A DNA stretch of 25,253 nt from Acytostelium subglobosum (lineage: Eukaryota). Shown piece by piece: positions 9,365-18,371 of the stretch (within the stretch, counting starts at the first letter, position 1; every line of letters starts with the position of its first letter). A program made the translations under genes and the position numbers. The stretch spans positions 370,142-395,394 of the forward strand of contig NW_012236531.1 of assembly GCF_000787575.1 (NCBI RefSeq), in the 5' to 3' direction. The notes beneath the pieces were generated by a model, which ran no database searches, was not told where the DNA came from, and saw only the letters and a list, made by a program, of their open reading frames with translations.

Positions 9365-11674
9365 ATGTTTGTTTATAACAACAACAACAACAACATCATC
9401 AACTTATTGTTGGTTGTGTCATTGGCGGTCACTCTTGTTGTGGCCGATACTGGAGTGGACACTGGCGCCAAATGTGAGCCATACTTTGGCAACAGCCAAT
9501 GCGACGGATTATTGCTTTCCCCAGGTATGTCACCAGCCTGATCAGAATGATCACCTGACTCAACTTATGCCATCAATCATTAACACATGCTCACACTCAC
9601 ACACTGGAACTATTCCAATCACTCACCCACATTCAATCAATCAATCAATCAAACAGAGTCTGTATATGTACCAGGTGGATATACTCAAAAGACATTGTTG
9701 GACGCGATGAACTTTAAGGTGGCAGCATTGACAAGTCAGAATACTTGTAATGTTTCATCATCATTTATTTCGAGTTATGTTTGTAACGCTGCATTCAGAC
9801 CTTGCACTAATGTGACGACCAATCCATCGGTGGCAGGCTTTGCCTCGCTGGGATTGTTCCACGGTGCATGCTACACTGACTGTATGAGACTGTCGGACGA
9901 GTGTCAACTCAGCTCCTTCTTGTTGAACTGCAATGCCACGCGCCCCAACTCACAGATCTATGAGAATCCCGATGGACCAAACGTCTACAACCTCACCTCA
10001 CTCGGTGGTTCCGACCCCTATCCAGTATCCTGTTTCCTCAACAACTTCACTACCAACGGTACAGTTGGATTCAGTAAGTATTACAAAACTTGATCATGTT
10101 TCCGCGTGTTACCACGTGTTACCGCGTGTTACTGCGTGTTACCGCGACCCACTCCCACCCATAAATTAACACTTGAACAGCATGCCCATCTCAACTGGTA
10201 CCAAGGAACTCGACAGGAGAGGATAAAGAGAGAGATAAGAAGAATGGATACTTCTTTGCAGGCAATCTACCTTGTGTATTCAAGTGTCCAGCACCTATTT
10301 ATACGCCACGCCAATGGAAGTCATTCTATAACACTATCTATGTGACCACCACCATATCATTCATATGTACATCGTGGACGATCATAACCTACCTGTTTGT
10401 CAATAGGAAGCATGACAGACATTCGATCTGTTTGGTGTTCATGTCGTTTGGACTCTGGCTGATATCCATCACTGACTTTATCCTGATTGGTCGTGAGGGC
10501 TACACCGTCATGTGTCCCGAGCCTGGTCGTTTTGCCACCCAGTCCGACCCGTACTGTGCGGCCACCGCCTCCATCTTCCAATACGGCGCTGTCACTGCCA
10601 TCTCCTGGTGGACAATCATGACCTTTGACTTGTGGATCCTGTTGCGCAAGGGTAAGTACTTGAATGCGACTGAGTGGAGTCACTGAGGTGTCTGACTCAT
10701 TGGACTACTAACATTGCTCAATCACTCAATCCATTGTCATACAGTCAAATCACAAAAGTCCTACCAACTATACTATGTTATTGCGTTGACCTTGTTGGCT
10801 ATATTCTTCACTGTTCTCCCAGCTGGACTGAAGGAGTACTCTGCAGGTTTTGGTCGTATAGGGTATGTTAGATTGATTGGCCTGTCTTGGGCACATGTAC
10901 ATGTACATGTACATCATGGACATGAGCGTGGACTAACTCACTCACCAACTCACTCAATCAATCAATCACACAGATGTTGGATTGGCGACCTTAAGGCCTT
11001 GGATGGATTGTTCTGGGCACCATTCACATTATGTCTAATCATTGGATCAGTGTTCATGATCATGGTCCTCGTTGAGATTTATAAAGTAAGTTGATCGGAA
11101 TCATTCCAGCCCTCACCCCACCCACCACATACTCACATCAATCAATCACTCAATCATTCAACAGGTTATCATCAACGTTGACAATGGAAAGAAGAAGTCA
11201 AAGAGGATTGTCAAGTATAACTTGAAGCCATTCTTGATTCTGTTCATATTGTTTGTGGAGTTTATCTTCTTGTTTGGATACTCATTGTACACACAGACTC
11301 ATCAGAGCGAGGTGGAGGCAGCTCTGACAGTATGGGTACGATGCCTGATCGAGTCACCAACGCCAGACACCTGCACGGTCAACCCTCTGCCGTACGGCGC
11401 ACACTTCTTCTACTTCTTCTTTGTGCGTCTGCTCGGCATTGAGCTGGTGGTATTCTACGGCATCAACCAACGCGCCAAGAAGATCTGGTTCAAGTCGGTG
11501 TTCTTCCACAACAAGTTCTACTCGGTCAGTGCCTTGACCACCGACAGGCGTTCGTCCAACTCCAGCGGCAACTCAAGCAACAGCTACGACAGTCGCAGCG
11601 TCAAGATGTCTGGCAGAGCCGAGAGTTACGATACTTCTGGCGTCGAGCAGAACAATGAATCGAGACAAGTCTAA
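9365..11674 (+). CDS. Frizzled/Smoothened-like 7-transmembrane receptor with an N-terminal Frizzled-type cysteine-rich domain, 568 aa. Exons: 9365..9524, 9657..10073, 10262..10651, 10745..10862, 10974..11085, 11165..11674. Introns: 9525..9656 (132 nt), 10074..10261 (188 nt), 10652..10744 (93 nt, TACTAACA branch), 10863..10973 (111 nt, GACTAAC branch), 11086..11164 (79 nt).
   Basis: The N-terminus has a signal peptide (MFVYNNNNNNIINLLLVVSLAVTLVVA). The 10-Cys pattern of a Frizzled CRD follows (KCEPYFGNSQC...CNVSSSFISSYVCNAAFRPCTNV...GACYTDCMRLSDECQLSSFLLNC...PVSCFLNNF). A linker with conserved Cys/Pro and Trp leads into TM1 (PCVFKCPAPIYTPRQWKSFYNTIYVTTTISFICTSWTIITYLF). Seven hydrophobic segments are present with Frizzled-like spacing (FDLWILL; LLAIFFTVL; LCLIIGSVFMIMVLVEIYK; FLILFILFVEFIFLFGY; FFYFFFVRLLGIELVVFYG). 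A basic KKIW segment follows directly after TM7, at the position of the Frizzled KTxxxW motif. Every exon junction has a GTAAGT or GTATGT donor and a YAG acceptor and restores the frame shared by the ORF-track pieces 9587..10093, 10342..10686, 10714..11094 and 11222..11674. Exon 1 is a 53-codon ORF and so falls below the ORF-track length cutoff. Confidence 0.85.
10104..10146. repeat. Tandem repeat of a 10-bp unit (GCGTGTTACC), about 4.3 copies, inside intron 2 of the Frizzled-like gene.
   Basis: The sequence reads gcgtgttacc acgtgttacc gcgtgttact gcgtgttacc gcgacc. Confidence 0.9.
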
Positions 11675-11917
11675 GGACCTGTCCAGGTCGATCAATCATT
11701 CATTCATACTTCAATGCCAAACCATCAAGAGCGACACACACCATCACACTTTGAGTGAGTTGTTGTTTAGACGTCTCACCTCAATCCGACCATGCATGCC
11801 CGCCCTCTCCGACACCTGGATACCTGGCGGAGCCTCTCACCAGCCTGGATCATCCATCCCTAGTCAAACCCATCACCGTTGTAACACTACATCATTCATC
11901 ATTCATCATCCATCATC

Positions 11918-11950
11918 CTACCCTTACCCTACCCTACCCTACTACCCTCC
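11918..11950. repeat. (CCCTA)n-like pentamer repeat and adjacent CATCATT repeat in the Frizzled-like 3' UTR.
   Basis: The sequence reads catcattcatcattcatcatccatcatcctacccttaccctaccctaccctactaccctcc. Confidence 0.8.
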
Positions 11951-12010
11951 TCCCCCTATATTGTATCAATCCCAATACCATGACCATGGGATGTCCATCA
12001 CTATTATTGT

Positions 12011-12016
12011 AATAAA
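12011..12016 (+). terminator. AATAAA poly(A) signal about 340 nt downstream of the Frizzled-like gene stop.
   Basis: Hexamer seen in sequence (gtaataaaccat). Confidence 0.45.
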
Positions 12017-12065
12017 CCATTAACATATATATATACATGTTGGCGATTACTTGGGCTATTGACAT

Positions 12066-12112
12066 CAAACCCTTGCCCTCGACCCTCAACCCTCGCCCTC
12101 GACCCTTGACCT
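12066..12112. repeat. CCCTCG-based short tandem repeat upstream of the LRR gene. It shares its core motif and orientation with the 13657..13735 repeat.
   Basis: The sequence reads cccttgccctcgaccctcaaccctcgccctcgacccttgacc. Confidence 0.8.
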
Positions 12113-12185
12113 TTTCAAGTTGAAGATCAAAGTTGGGAATAAGTCAGAATAATAATTGTAGAGATAGATAGAGATAGAGATATAG

Positions 12186-13577
12186 ATGGACAATATATTT
12201 GTTATAAAGTGTATTGTTAAACATTTGTCTGCTGACAATTATAGAGGTCCATTCAAATGCATTACATCAGGTGTTAAACATAGTTATATTGCTAATTATA
12301 GATGGATATCATCAATTGCAATGGTATCATGGAAGTATTTCCAAGAGGTACAGGCTCAGAACAAATGCTTCAATTCAGGTGTCGACGAGGATGCGGACAG
12401 AGGTGATCTTGAGCTGACCCGAGTCAACGCATTGGCCAATCATCTTTATCATCTACGATATGAACCGCAGCCACAAAGCAACAAGTACTCATTGTGGTCT
12501 AACATCGATACTGTTGACATGACATTCCCAAGAAATGGATCTATACGCCAGAGTCATAGTCTGAAAGTGCTTGAAGAGCTGACGTTGGAGCTACTCATGG
12601 AATGTGGCATCAACATTCGGTCGTGGATGGGCGGCGCAGTAACCGACATTCAGTTCATTGGCCAATGCGCAGATTTAGAGCGCCTAGAGTATTCGTACGA
12701 CATTACCTACGACCAGTCGTACGAGGTGATGGGCTTGCTTGACCCGGACAACTTCCCGCAACTCAAGCATCTCACGCTGGTGCCTTACACAGGCGAGGAG
12801 ATGTACAACCTTCTGCGCCCTTTGCCCACCGAGTCATTCCCTCACATCACTTCGTTGGAGATCATCGACAATGATGACATGGGATGTTTGAGCAACATGT
12901 TGGAGCAGAGTCTGTTTGAGCTCGAGCTGCCAGCACTCTTCAATCTGACACACCTCTCTCTCCGACTGTATTATGGAACCAATTCACTGGACGAGGTCAC
13001 ACCATGGTTCAACCAATCACTCATCGAGTACTTGAAGAACACTCCATCGCTCACCTCATTGAGTCTGCCAACGAATCGACCATTGGAGGACAATCGTCAA
13101 CTCATCAACTTCCTACTTCAATCTCCTCGTTCACCAATCAAACGTCTACATCTCTGCAACATGTCATACCTCCCCAACATCACCAACAAGTTTGATTACA
13201 TCAGTTTCTTCTTCGATCTTGGTGATGACGATGAAGTTGCCAATGAGCAGAAGACGGTGGAGGTATTGGGATCATTCAATAATGTTAGAGAGATAGGATT
13301 GGAAGGCAAAGAATGTATTGAGTATGCTCAATATATTCTTGAGCATTGTCCAAACGTTCAATCATTATACTTGGGAGACAGTTTGAACTATGAACGATTC
13401 AATAAGAAGAGGTTGGATGAGTTAGCCATGTCACTTAAGAAGAATAGTACATTAAGGAGATTATATATCAATTCATCATTGTTTGAACGATCATTGACCA
13501 AGGACTCCTCGGAAGCACTTTGTCAAGCAGTCCAATCACATCCAACACTTCTGAACAAGAATAGCATATGGAAGTGA
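12186..13577 (+). CDS. Leucine-rich-repeat (RNI-like) protein, up to 463 aa, apparently single-exon. The true start may lie at a downstream ATG, since the first ~60 codons are unusually AT-rich.
   Basis: A continuous 463-codon ORF carries irregular LxxLxLxx(N/C) repeats (LKHLTLVPY; ITSLEIIDN; LTHLSLRLYYGTNSL; LTSLSLPTN; IKRLHLCNMSYL; VQSLYLGDSLN; LRRLYINSSL). Codon usage after about 12360 matches the neighbouring genes. I recognise no specific ortholog. Confidence 0.6.
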   Translation: MDNIFVIKCIVKHLSADNYRGPFKCITSGVKHSYIANYRWISSIAMVSWKYFQEVQAQNKCFNSGVDEDADRGDLELTRVNALANHLYHLRYEPQPQSNKYSLWSNIDTVDMTFPRNGSIRQSHSLKVLEELTLELLMECGINIRSWMGGAVTDIQFIGQCADLERLEYSYDITYDQSYEVMGLLDPDNFPQLKHLTLVPYTGEEMYNLLRPLPTESFPHITSLEIIDNDDMGCLSNMLEQSLFELELPALFNLTHLSLRLYYGTNSLDEVTPWFNQSLIEYLKNTPSLTSLSLPTNRPLEDNRQLINFLLQSPRSPIKRLHLCNMSYLPNITNKFDYISFFFDLGDDDEVANEQKTVEVLGSFNNVREIGLEGKECIEYAQYILEHCPNVQSLYLGDSLNYERFNKKRLDELAMSLKKNSTLRRLYINSSLFERSLTKDSSEALCQAVQSHPTLLNKNSIWK

Positions 13578-13656
13578 TTGAGTGACATACATGTCATGTC
13601 CATGTTACAACAGCTGGAAACAATACAATATATATAACCTTGGCCAGGGTCTTCAA

Positions 13657-13735
13657 CTTACCCTCGATGTCCACAACATACCCTCGCACACTTACCCTCG
13701 CACACTTACCCTCGCGTACTTTCCCTCTCACACTT
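13657..13735. repeat. Tandem repeat (unit ~CACACTTACCCTCG, about 3 copies plus degenerate flanks) downstream of the LRR gene.
   Basis: The sequence reads cttaccctcgatgtccacaacataccctcgcacacttaccctcgcacacttaccctcgcgtactttccctctcacactt. Confidence 0.85.
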
Positions 13736-13843
13736 GAATGATTCATTCATTCATTCTTTGATCTGATCAATCATTAGTTGTTGTACCAATTATCAAACAT
13801 TCATATACATGTACATAATATATAGATAGAGCTGACTGATGAG

Positions 13844-16800
13844 ATGAACAAGTACTTTGAGAACTTAGATATATCAGGCCTGGGCAAGGCCATCAAGAAC
13901 GCGAGCAAGTCTGTTGAGAAGTCACTTGACGACTTTATAGGTGTACCTCCAACAGGGTCAACCTCAACAGGTATGATTGATTAATGTTTGATTGATTGAA
14001 TGATTGAATGATTGATTACTTATATATGTGATCCGCATCATAGGCGATTCAACAGGTAACAATGACACTGGTGCACCATATTCATCAGATGGATTCTTTG
14101 GCTATTCATTCCAAAGTCCTACTAAGCAACAGCAACAGGTGACTTCGCCATCACCTGCATCACCAATGTCAGTGTCAACAACACCTCCTGTTGTTGCAAC
14201 GACCACGCCACCATCATCAATCTCAAACAATGCATCAACTAAGGTTCAATCTACTGTTGCTGCTACACCAACCTCAACCTCGACCACGACAACCACAACG
14301 ACCACAACGACATCTGAACCATTGATTGATCTAGATGAACACAATGAACATTCTGGCACTGTGCTTGACCTATCACCTATACCTACAAGGCGCAACAACA
14401 GTAATAACAGTCGAGACAAGAATAGCGATGATGATGATGATGACGACGATGACAGTCAACAACCATTATATCAAGTCAACAATAACAGTGACAATGACAC
14501 ACAAGAGTTGATATTGGATGATGGCGATGCCTCAAGATCATCCAAACTTCGATTAAACATCGATCTGGACACCAACGCTTCATTTGGTGCCGACGAAGAC
14601 ATTGACATACCCGACATACCCGAGCCTGCGACCGTGTCTTCTCCCGTGGCGGAGGCACAGGTCATCGCGGCCCCGGCTGTCCAGCCAACCCCAAGTGCGA
14701 CACATACTCAGACACAGGTTCAGCCACAGGCTCAACCACAGACTACACATACTCAGCCACAGACTCAGACTCCTCAGACTCAGACTCATACAAAGGAACT
14801 GGAGGAGATGAGATTGAAGATCAAGGAGTATGAGAGCAAGTTCACCGCATTCAATGTTGTTAGTCAAGAGAAGGATAGAGTGTTGGGCGAAAGAGAGAAA
14901 CAGATACAGAAGCTATCGACACATGGTGCACAGTTGCAAAAGACAGTGGATCAGTTGTTGTATGATATAAGCAAGTTGAACAATGATCAGAAGAAGGAGG
15001 ACGTTGAGAATCTGAAAGAGGAGTTCTCACGTCGCATTGGTCAGATCGAGAAGAAGTTGAAGGATACGCAGCGAGAGCGCGATTTACTCAAGAGTGGTAA
15101 CGCCATGAGTGAGTCGATGGCCACGACGATCAAGGAGAAGGACGATCAGATCGCCCAGCTGATGACCGAGGGCACCAACCTGTCTCACAAAGTGTTGCAG
15201 CTCGAGTCCACCGTCAAGAAGCTGCGCGCACAGGCCAAGGAGCACGAGGAGACCATCCAACTGATGACTGACCGCATCAAGACGACTGAGGAGCTGTTGG
15301 CCAACAAGCAGGATCGTCTGAAGGGTCTGGAGGAGGTGGACAAGCGATACCAGGACACGCTGATGACCATGAAGGAGCTGACCGAGGTCACCACCAAGAA
15401 GTACGAGGAGAAGGACATTGTGGCGGAGAAGTCAGTGAAGCAGGCCAGCGAGCTGCAGTCCGCGCTTGAGAAGGCCTGGAAGGACATCTCCGACTTGAAC
15501 AAGCATCACGCCATCGAGATTGATCGCTACATCAAACAGATCGACGAGACCAAACAAAAGACGCGCGATGAGGTCATGATGGTCGTGTCGAACGAGCGCA
15601 AGGATTGGAAGAAGCGAGAGGAGTCCCTCGAGATGACGATCCAGGAGCAGAAGGCCTCGCTACAGCGCGCGAGTGAGCGCTCCAGCTGGAAGGAGGAGGA
15701 GCTTACCAAGGAGATCCAACATCTCAATCAAAGATGTCGCGAGGCTGAACAGCGCAACGATCAGCTGGGTGCATCGATCCCAGACACTACACGACCCCTG
15801 ATCAAACAGATTGAAGCACTGCAGAGTGGTAATGAAGCCAAGCAACAGACATGGGAGGCGTTGGAGAGGAGTCTGCAGCAGCAGGCCAAGGAAGCGAGGA
15901 TGGCTGCCGACGCGGCCATTCAAAACGAGCAGGAAGCCCTGGCTGAGCTTGAGGAACTTTCTGGACAAATCAAACAACTGGAGCTTGATGTAAAGAAGGA
16001 ACGAATGAGCAACAAGCAGATCAATGCAGAGCTGGCGCAGGAGAGGAACAAGATCAAAGAGCTGGAGACGCAAAGCACCGAGGTCAATGCCAAGTTGGAC
16101 AAGTTCGCGCAGCAAAAGCAACAGCTCGAGAGACAGGTTGCCCAATACGAGGAGAGCTTGGAGAAGGCCTACAAGGACTATAGGGAGGCCGAAGAGATGA
16201 GGCAAAAGGAGAGAGAGATTGAGAGAGAGCGCAGAGAGGAGGAGAAGCGAACATCTGGAGGCAGCCAGTCATCATACGAAGGACCCGCCACACCAAAGAT
16301 GTACGGGCTTAGGAAGAACCCAAGCCAGTCGGACTTCCTCCAGCAACAACATAATCTTATGCAACAACAACATCAACAAATGAGTCCAAACTCATCATTC
16401 CCAATGGAGGTGTACCAAGCCAACATTACACAAAAGGATGGAGAGATAGCCATACTGCAGTCCAAGCTGAATACAGCAGAGTCATCAAGGAGTAAGTAAT
16501 GTTGATGGATGGAGGGTGAGTGTGCGAGGTCGATCAATCGATGGATCACTGACATGACATGACACGAACTTGTGTGTGTTCCGATACTCTACCACCTACC
16601 AACAGAGAAACTTGAGGATCAACTGATCAAATTGACTTCATCCAACGAACAACTGTATGTTTGATTGAGTCGATGACCATGGCGGAGGGCATGATGGATA
16701 CATAACTAACCAACTAACCAATCAAACCCATCTTGTGATAATAATTGATTTGATGGACACGACACACAGGTTGCTGGATTCAAAGGAGCTGAAAGGCTTA

Positions 16801-16968
16801 AAGACACAGGTCAGCGAGATACAACAACGGTACAGCACGGCGTTGGAAATGCTGGGCGAGAAGGAGGAGCAGGTCAATGAGTTGCGGATGGATATCGTCG
16901 ATATGAAAGAACTTTACAGGAACCAAGTTAACGAACTTTTAAGCAAGATAGAATCAGATAAGAGGTAG
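13844..16968 (+). CDS. TMF1: TMF1-type golgin (TATA element modulatory factor / TMF, Golgi coiled-coil protein), about 940 aa. Exons: 13844..13970, 14044..16491, 16606..16654, 16770..16968. Introns: 13971..14043 (73 nt, GTATGA donor; an alternative acceptor at 14055 also keeps frame), 16492..16605 (114 nt, GTAAGT), 16655..16769 (115 nt, GTATGT, two ACTAAC motifs).
   Basis: The N-terminal exon (MNKYFENLDISGLGKAIKNASKSVEKSLDDFIG) matches the conserved TMF N-terminus (human MSWFNASQLSSFAKQALSQAQKSIDRVLD). A long heptad coiled coil contains the conserved TTRPLIKQIEALQ motif. The C-terminal exons encode the TMF_TATA_bd signature (KLTSSNEQL...QRYSTALEMLGEKEEQVNELRMDIVDMKELYRNQVNELL; compare human QRYNTILQMYGEKAEEAEELRLDLEDVKNMYKTQIDELL). 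The N-terminal third is low-complexity (poly-Thr, poly-Asp, TQ/QPQ repeats). A 2-codon uORF (ATG AGA TGA, 13839-13847) overlaps the main ATG. Confidence 0.85.
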
Positions 16969-17401
16969 TAGTTGTAGAGAGAGAGTGATGGCCCACTCCA
17001 AAGTGGTGTTGTAGGAAGGAAGAAAAGAAGGAATGAAGGTCATTCCGCCTCCCCTCTCACTCATTACCAGCCCCTACTTCCATGGAAGCCTTGACCCTTT
17101 GCTCGGGTGCCACCCATATATCCCAGACGACTCAGGCACCAGGTCCCATCCTGCCATGCCACATCACATCAAATATATTATATGTACACTTATCAAACAC
17201 TATAACTCCTACAACCCTCCAGAGACATACATGTGTTACAGTAGTTGTGACCATTCGAATACGGGTAGTCGCAGATGTTCCTGATCAGCTGATCACTGTT
17301 GGGCGAGGGGTGGTGGTGGAAATTTGTGTTTGTGTATGAGGAGCGCAAGGAAGAGAGGAGAGGTGGTAACACACGCGAAGTGGTAGTCACACACCACTAG
17401 T

Positions 17402-17407
17402 GAATAA
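17402..17407 (+). terminator. AATAAA poly(A) signal about 430 nt downstream of the TMF stop.
   Basis: Hexamer seen in sequence (gaataaagatg). Confidence 0.35.
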
Positions 17408-17917
17408 AGATGATGTTGATGATGAAGGAGGCAATACTCACTAGTTATCCCTTCCTCCACAATCCACAAAATGATCAATCAATCCAATCCAATCGTCAAA
17501 CAATCAATCAACTAGTTATCCAATCAATCAAATCAATCAATTTGTCAATTCACGATGGCCATCCACCATGGTTATTGAGCAACATCATCAGTTACCAATA
17601 GATGTGTTTCTTAAGGAACATCAGCAGGTAGTGTTTATCGACCAACCAGGTTGGATGACTTTTGGAATAATGTAGCGATTCAAAGTGCCTGTACATTGAA
17701 TAACATCTGAATGACACCATTGAGTGGACGCTAGCTATATATTTATAAATGTATATATATTGATCGTACGATTGAGTTGGTCATTAACTTCAAAGCATCC
17801 GATAAAATTCAAAGTGTATATATATTTTGAATTGTCTTTAACTTCATTGAAATATATATATATTTAATTAAATTATTAAACTATGACTATGTGTATGTAC
17901 AGTACCATTGTTAGAAA

Positions 17918-18202
17918 CTAAATATGTTTACTCACACCGTGATCATATCCAGTTGTAGATTTAACAGACTCCAAGTTGTCCAATAAATTGAATAGGGCAT
18001 GGAATAAATTATCCAAGAGGAAGTTATCAAAGAAGTCATTCCTACTGATAGAGTACAAACGACCCAATAGTTTAACAAGATCAGATACCAAACTATGTAA
18101 CTTACTGGGGATTGATCCAAAGGATCTAAGTACCATCAAGTCAACAGCATAACTTGTTAAAGTTGTACCATATATTTCCGAATCATACCATCCGCCATCC
18201 AA
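17918..18202 (-). other. Candidate small protein-coding ORF (94 aa, Leu-rich, helical-looking) in the 1.4-kb space between the convergent TMF and TOR 3' ends.
   Basis: ORF-track entry MDGGWYDSEIYGTTLTSYAVDLMVLRSFGSIPSKLHSLVSDLVKLLGRLYSISRNDFFDNFLLDNLFHALFNLLDNLESVKSTTGYDHGVSKHI. It begins about 100 nt below the TOR poly(A) signal and is surrounded by AT-rich sequence. No homology is recognised, so it could equally be chance. Confidence 0.2.
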
Positions 18203-18297
18203 CCACCAAGTGTTATTGGAGCTTAACTAACTGTTAGTTCCAAACACATCCTTCTACATCTACACACTTTACCAAACTCTGTACATACTTGTATAAA

Positions 18298-18303
18298 TTT
18301 ATT
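18298..18303 (-). terminator. AATAAA poly(A) signal (TTTATT on the plus strand) about 70 nt downstream of the TOR stop.
   Basis: Hexamer seen in sequence (aatttatttaataaacg). Confidence 0.5.
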
Positions 18304-18371
18304 TAATAAACGACTCGCCGGTATATGTGTAATGATGACATGATGTCCAACAAGACAAGCAAGTATTGCCT

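Noticed and set aside
10104-10146. Possible CRISPR-like array.
   Set aside because: The 10-bp units are directly tandem with no spacers, sit in a eukaryotic intron, and there are no cas genes. It is not a CRISPR.
11918-11950. A (CCCTA)n run resembling telomeric repeats.
   Set aside because: It has only about 4 units, is internal to a gene-dense region, and is imperfect. An interstitial microsatellite is far more likely than a telomere or telomere fusion.
11655-12023. A 122-aa Pro/His/Tyr-rich ORF (and the overlapping 11755..12012) downstream of the Frizzled-like stop.
   Set aside because: It is a low-complexity translation of simple repeats (catcatt and (CCCTA)n) and lies between the stop codon and the AATAAA at 12011. 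It is best explained as 3' UTR.
12214-13195. Small plus-strand ORFs inside the LRR gene (12214..12417, 13004..13195).
   Set aside because: They are alternative frames of the 463-codon LRR ORF and have no independent support.
17240-17260. A TTCGAATAC segment checked as a possible tRNA T-arm, as part of a general scan for tRNA, snRNA or rRNA.
   Set aside because: There is no GGTTCGAATCC core, no acceptor-stem complementarity and no A/B-box spacing. I found no tRNA or rRNA signatures anywhere in the window.
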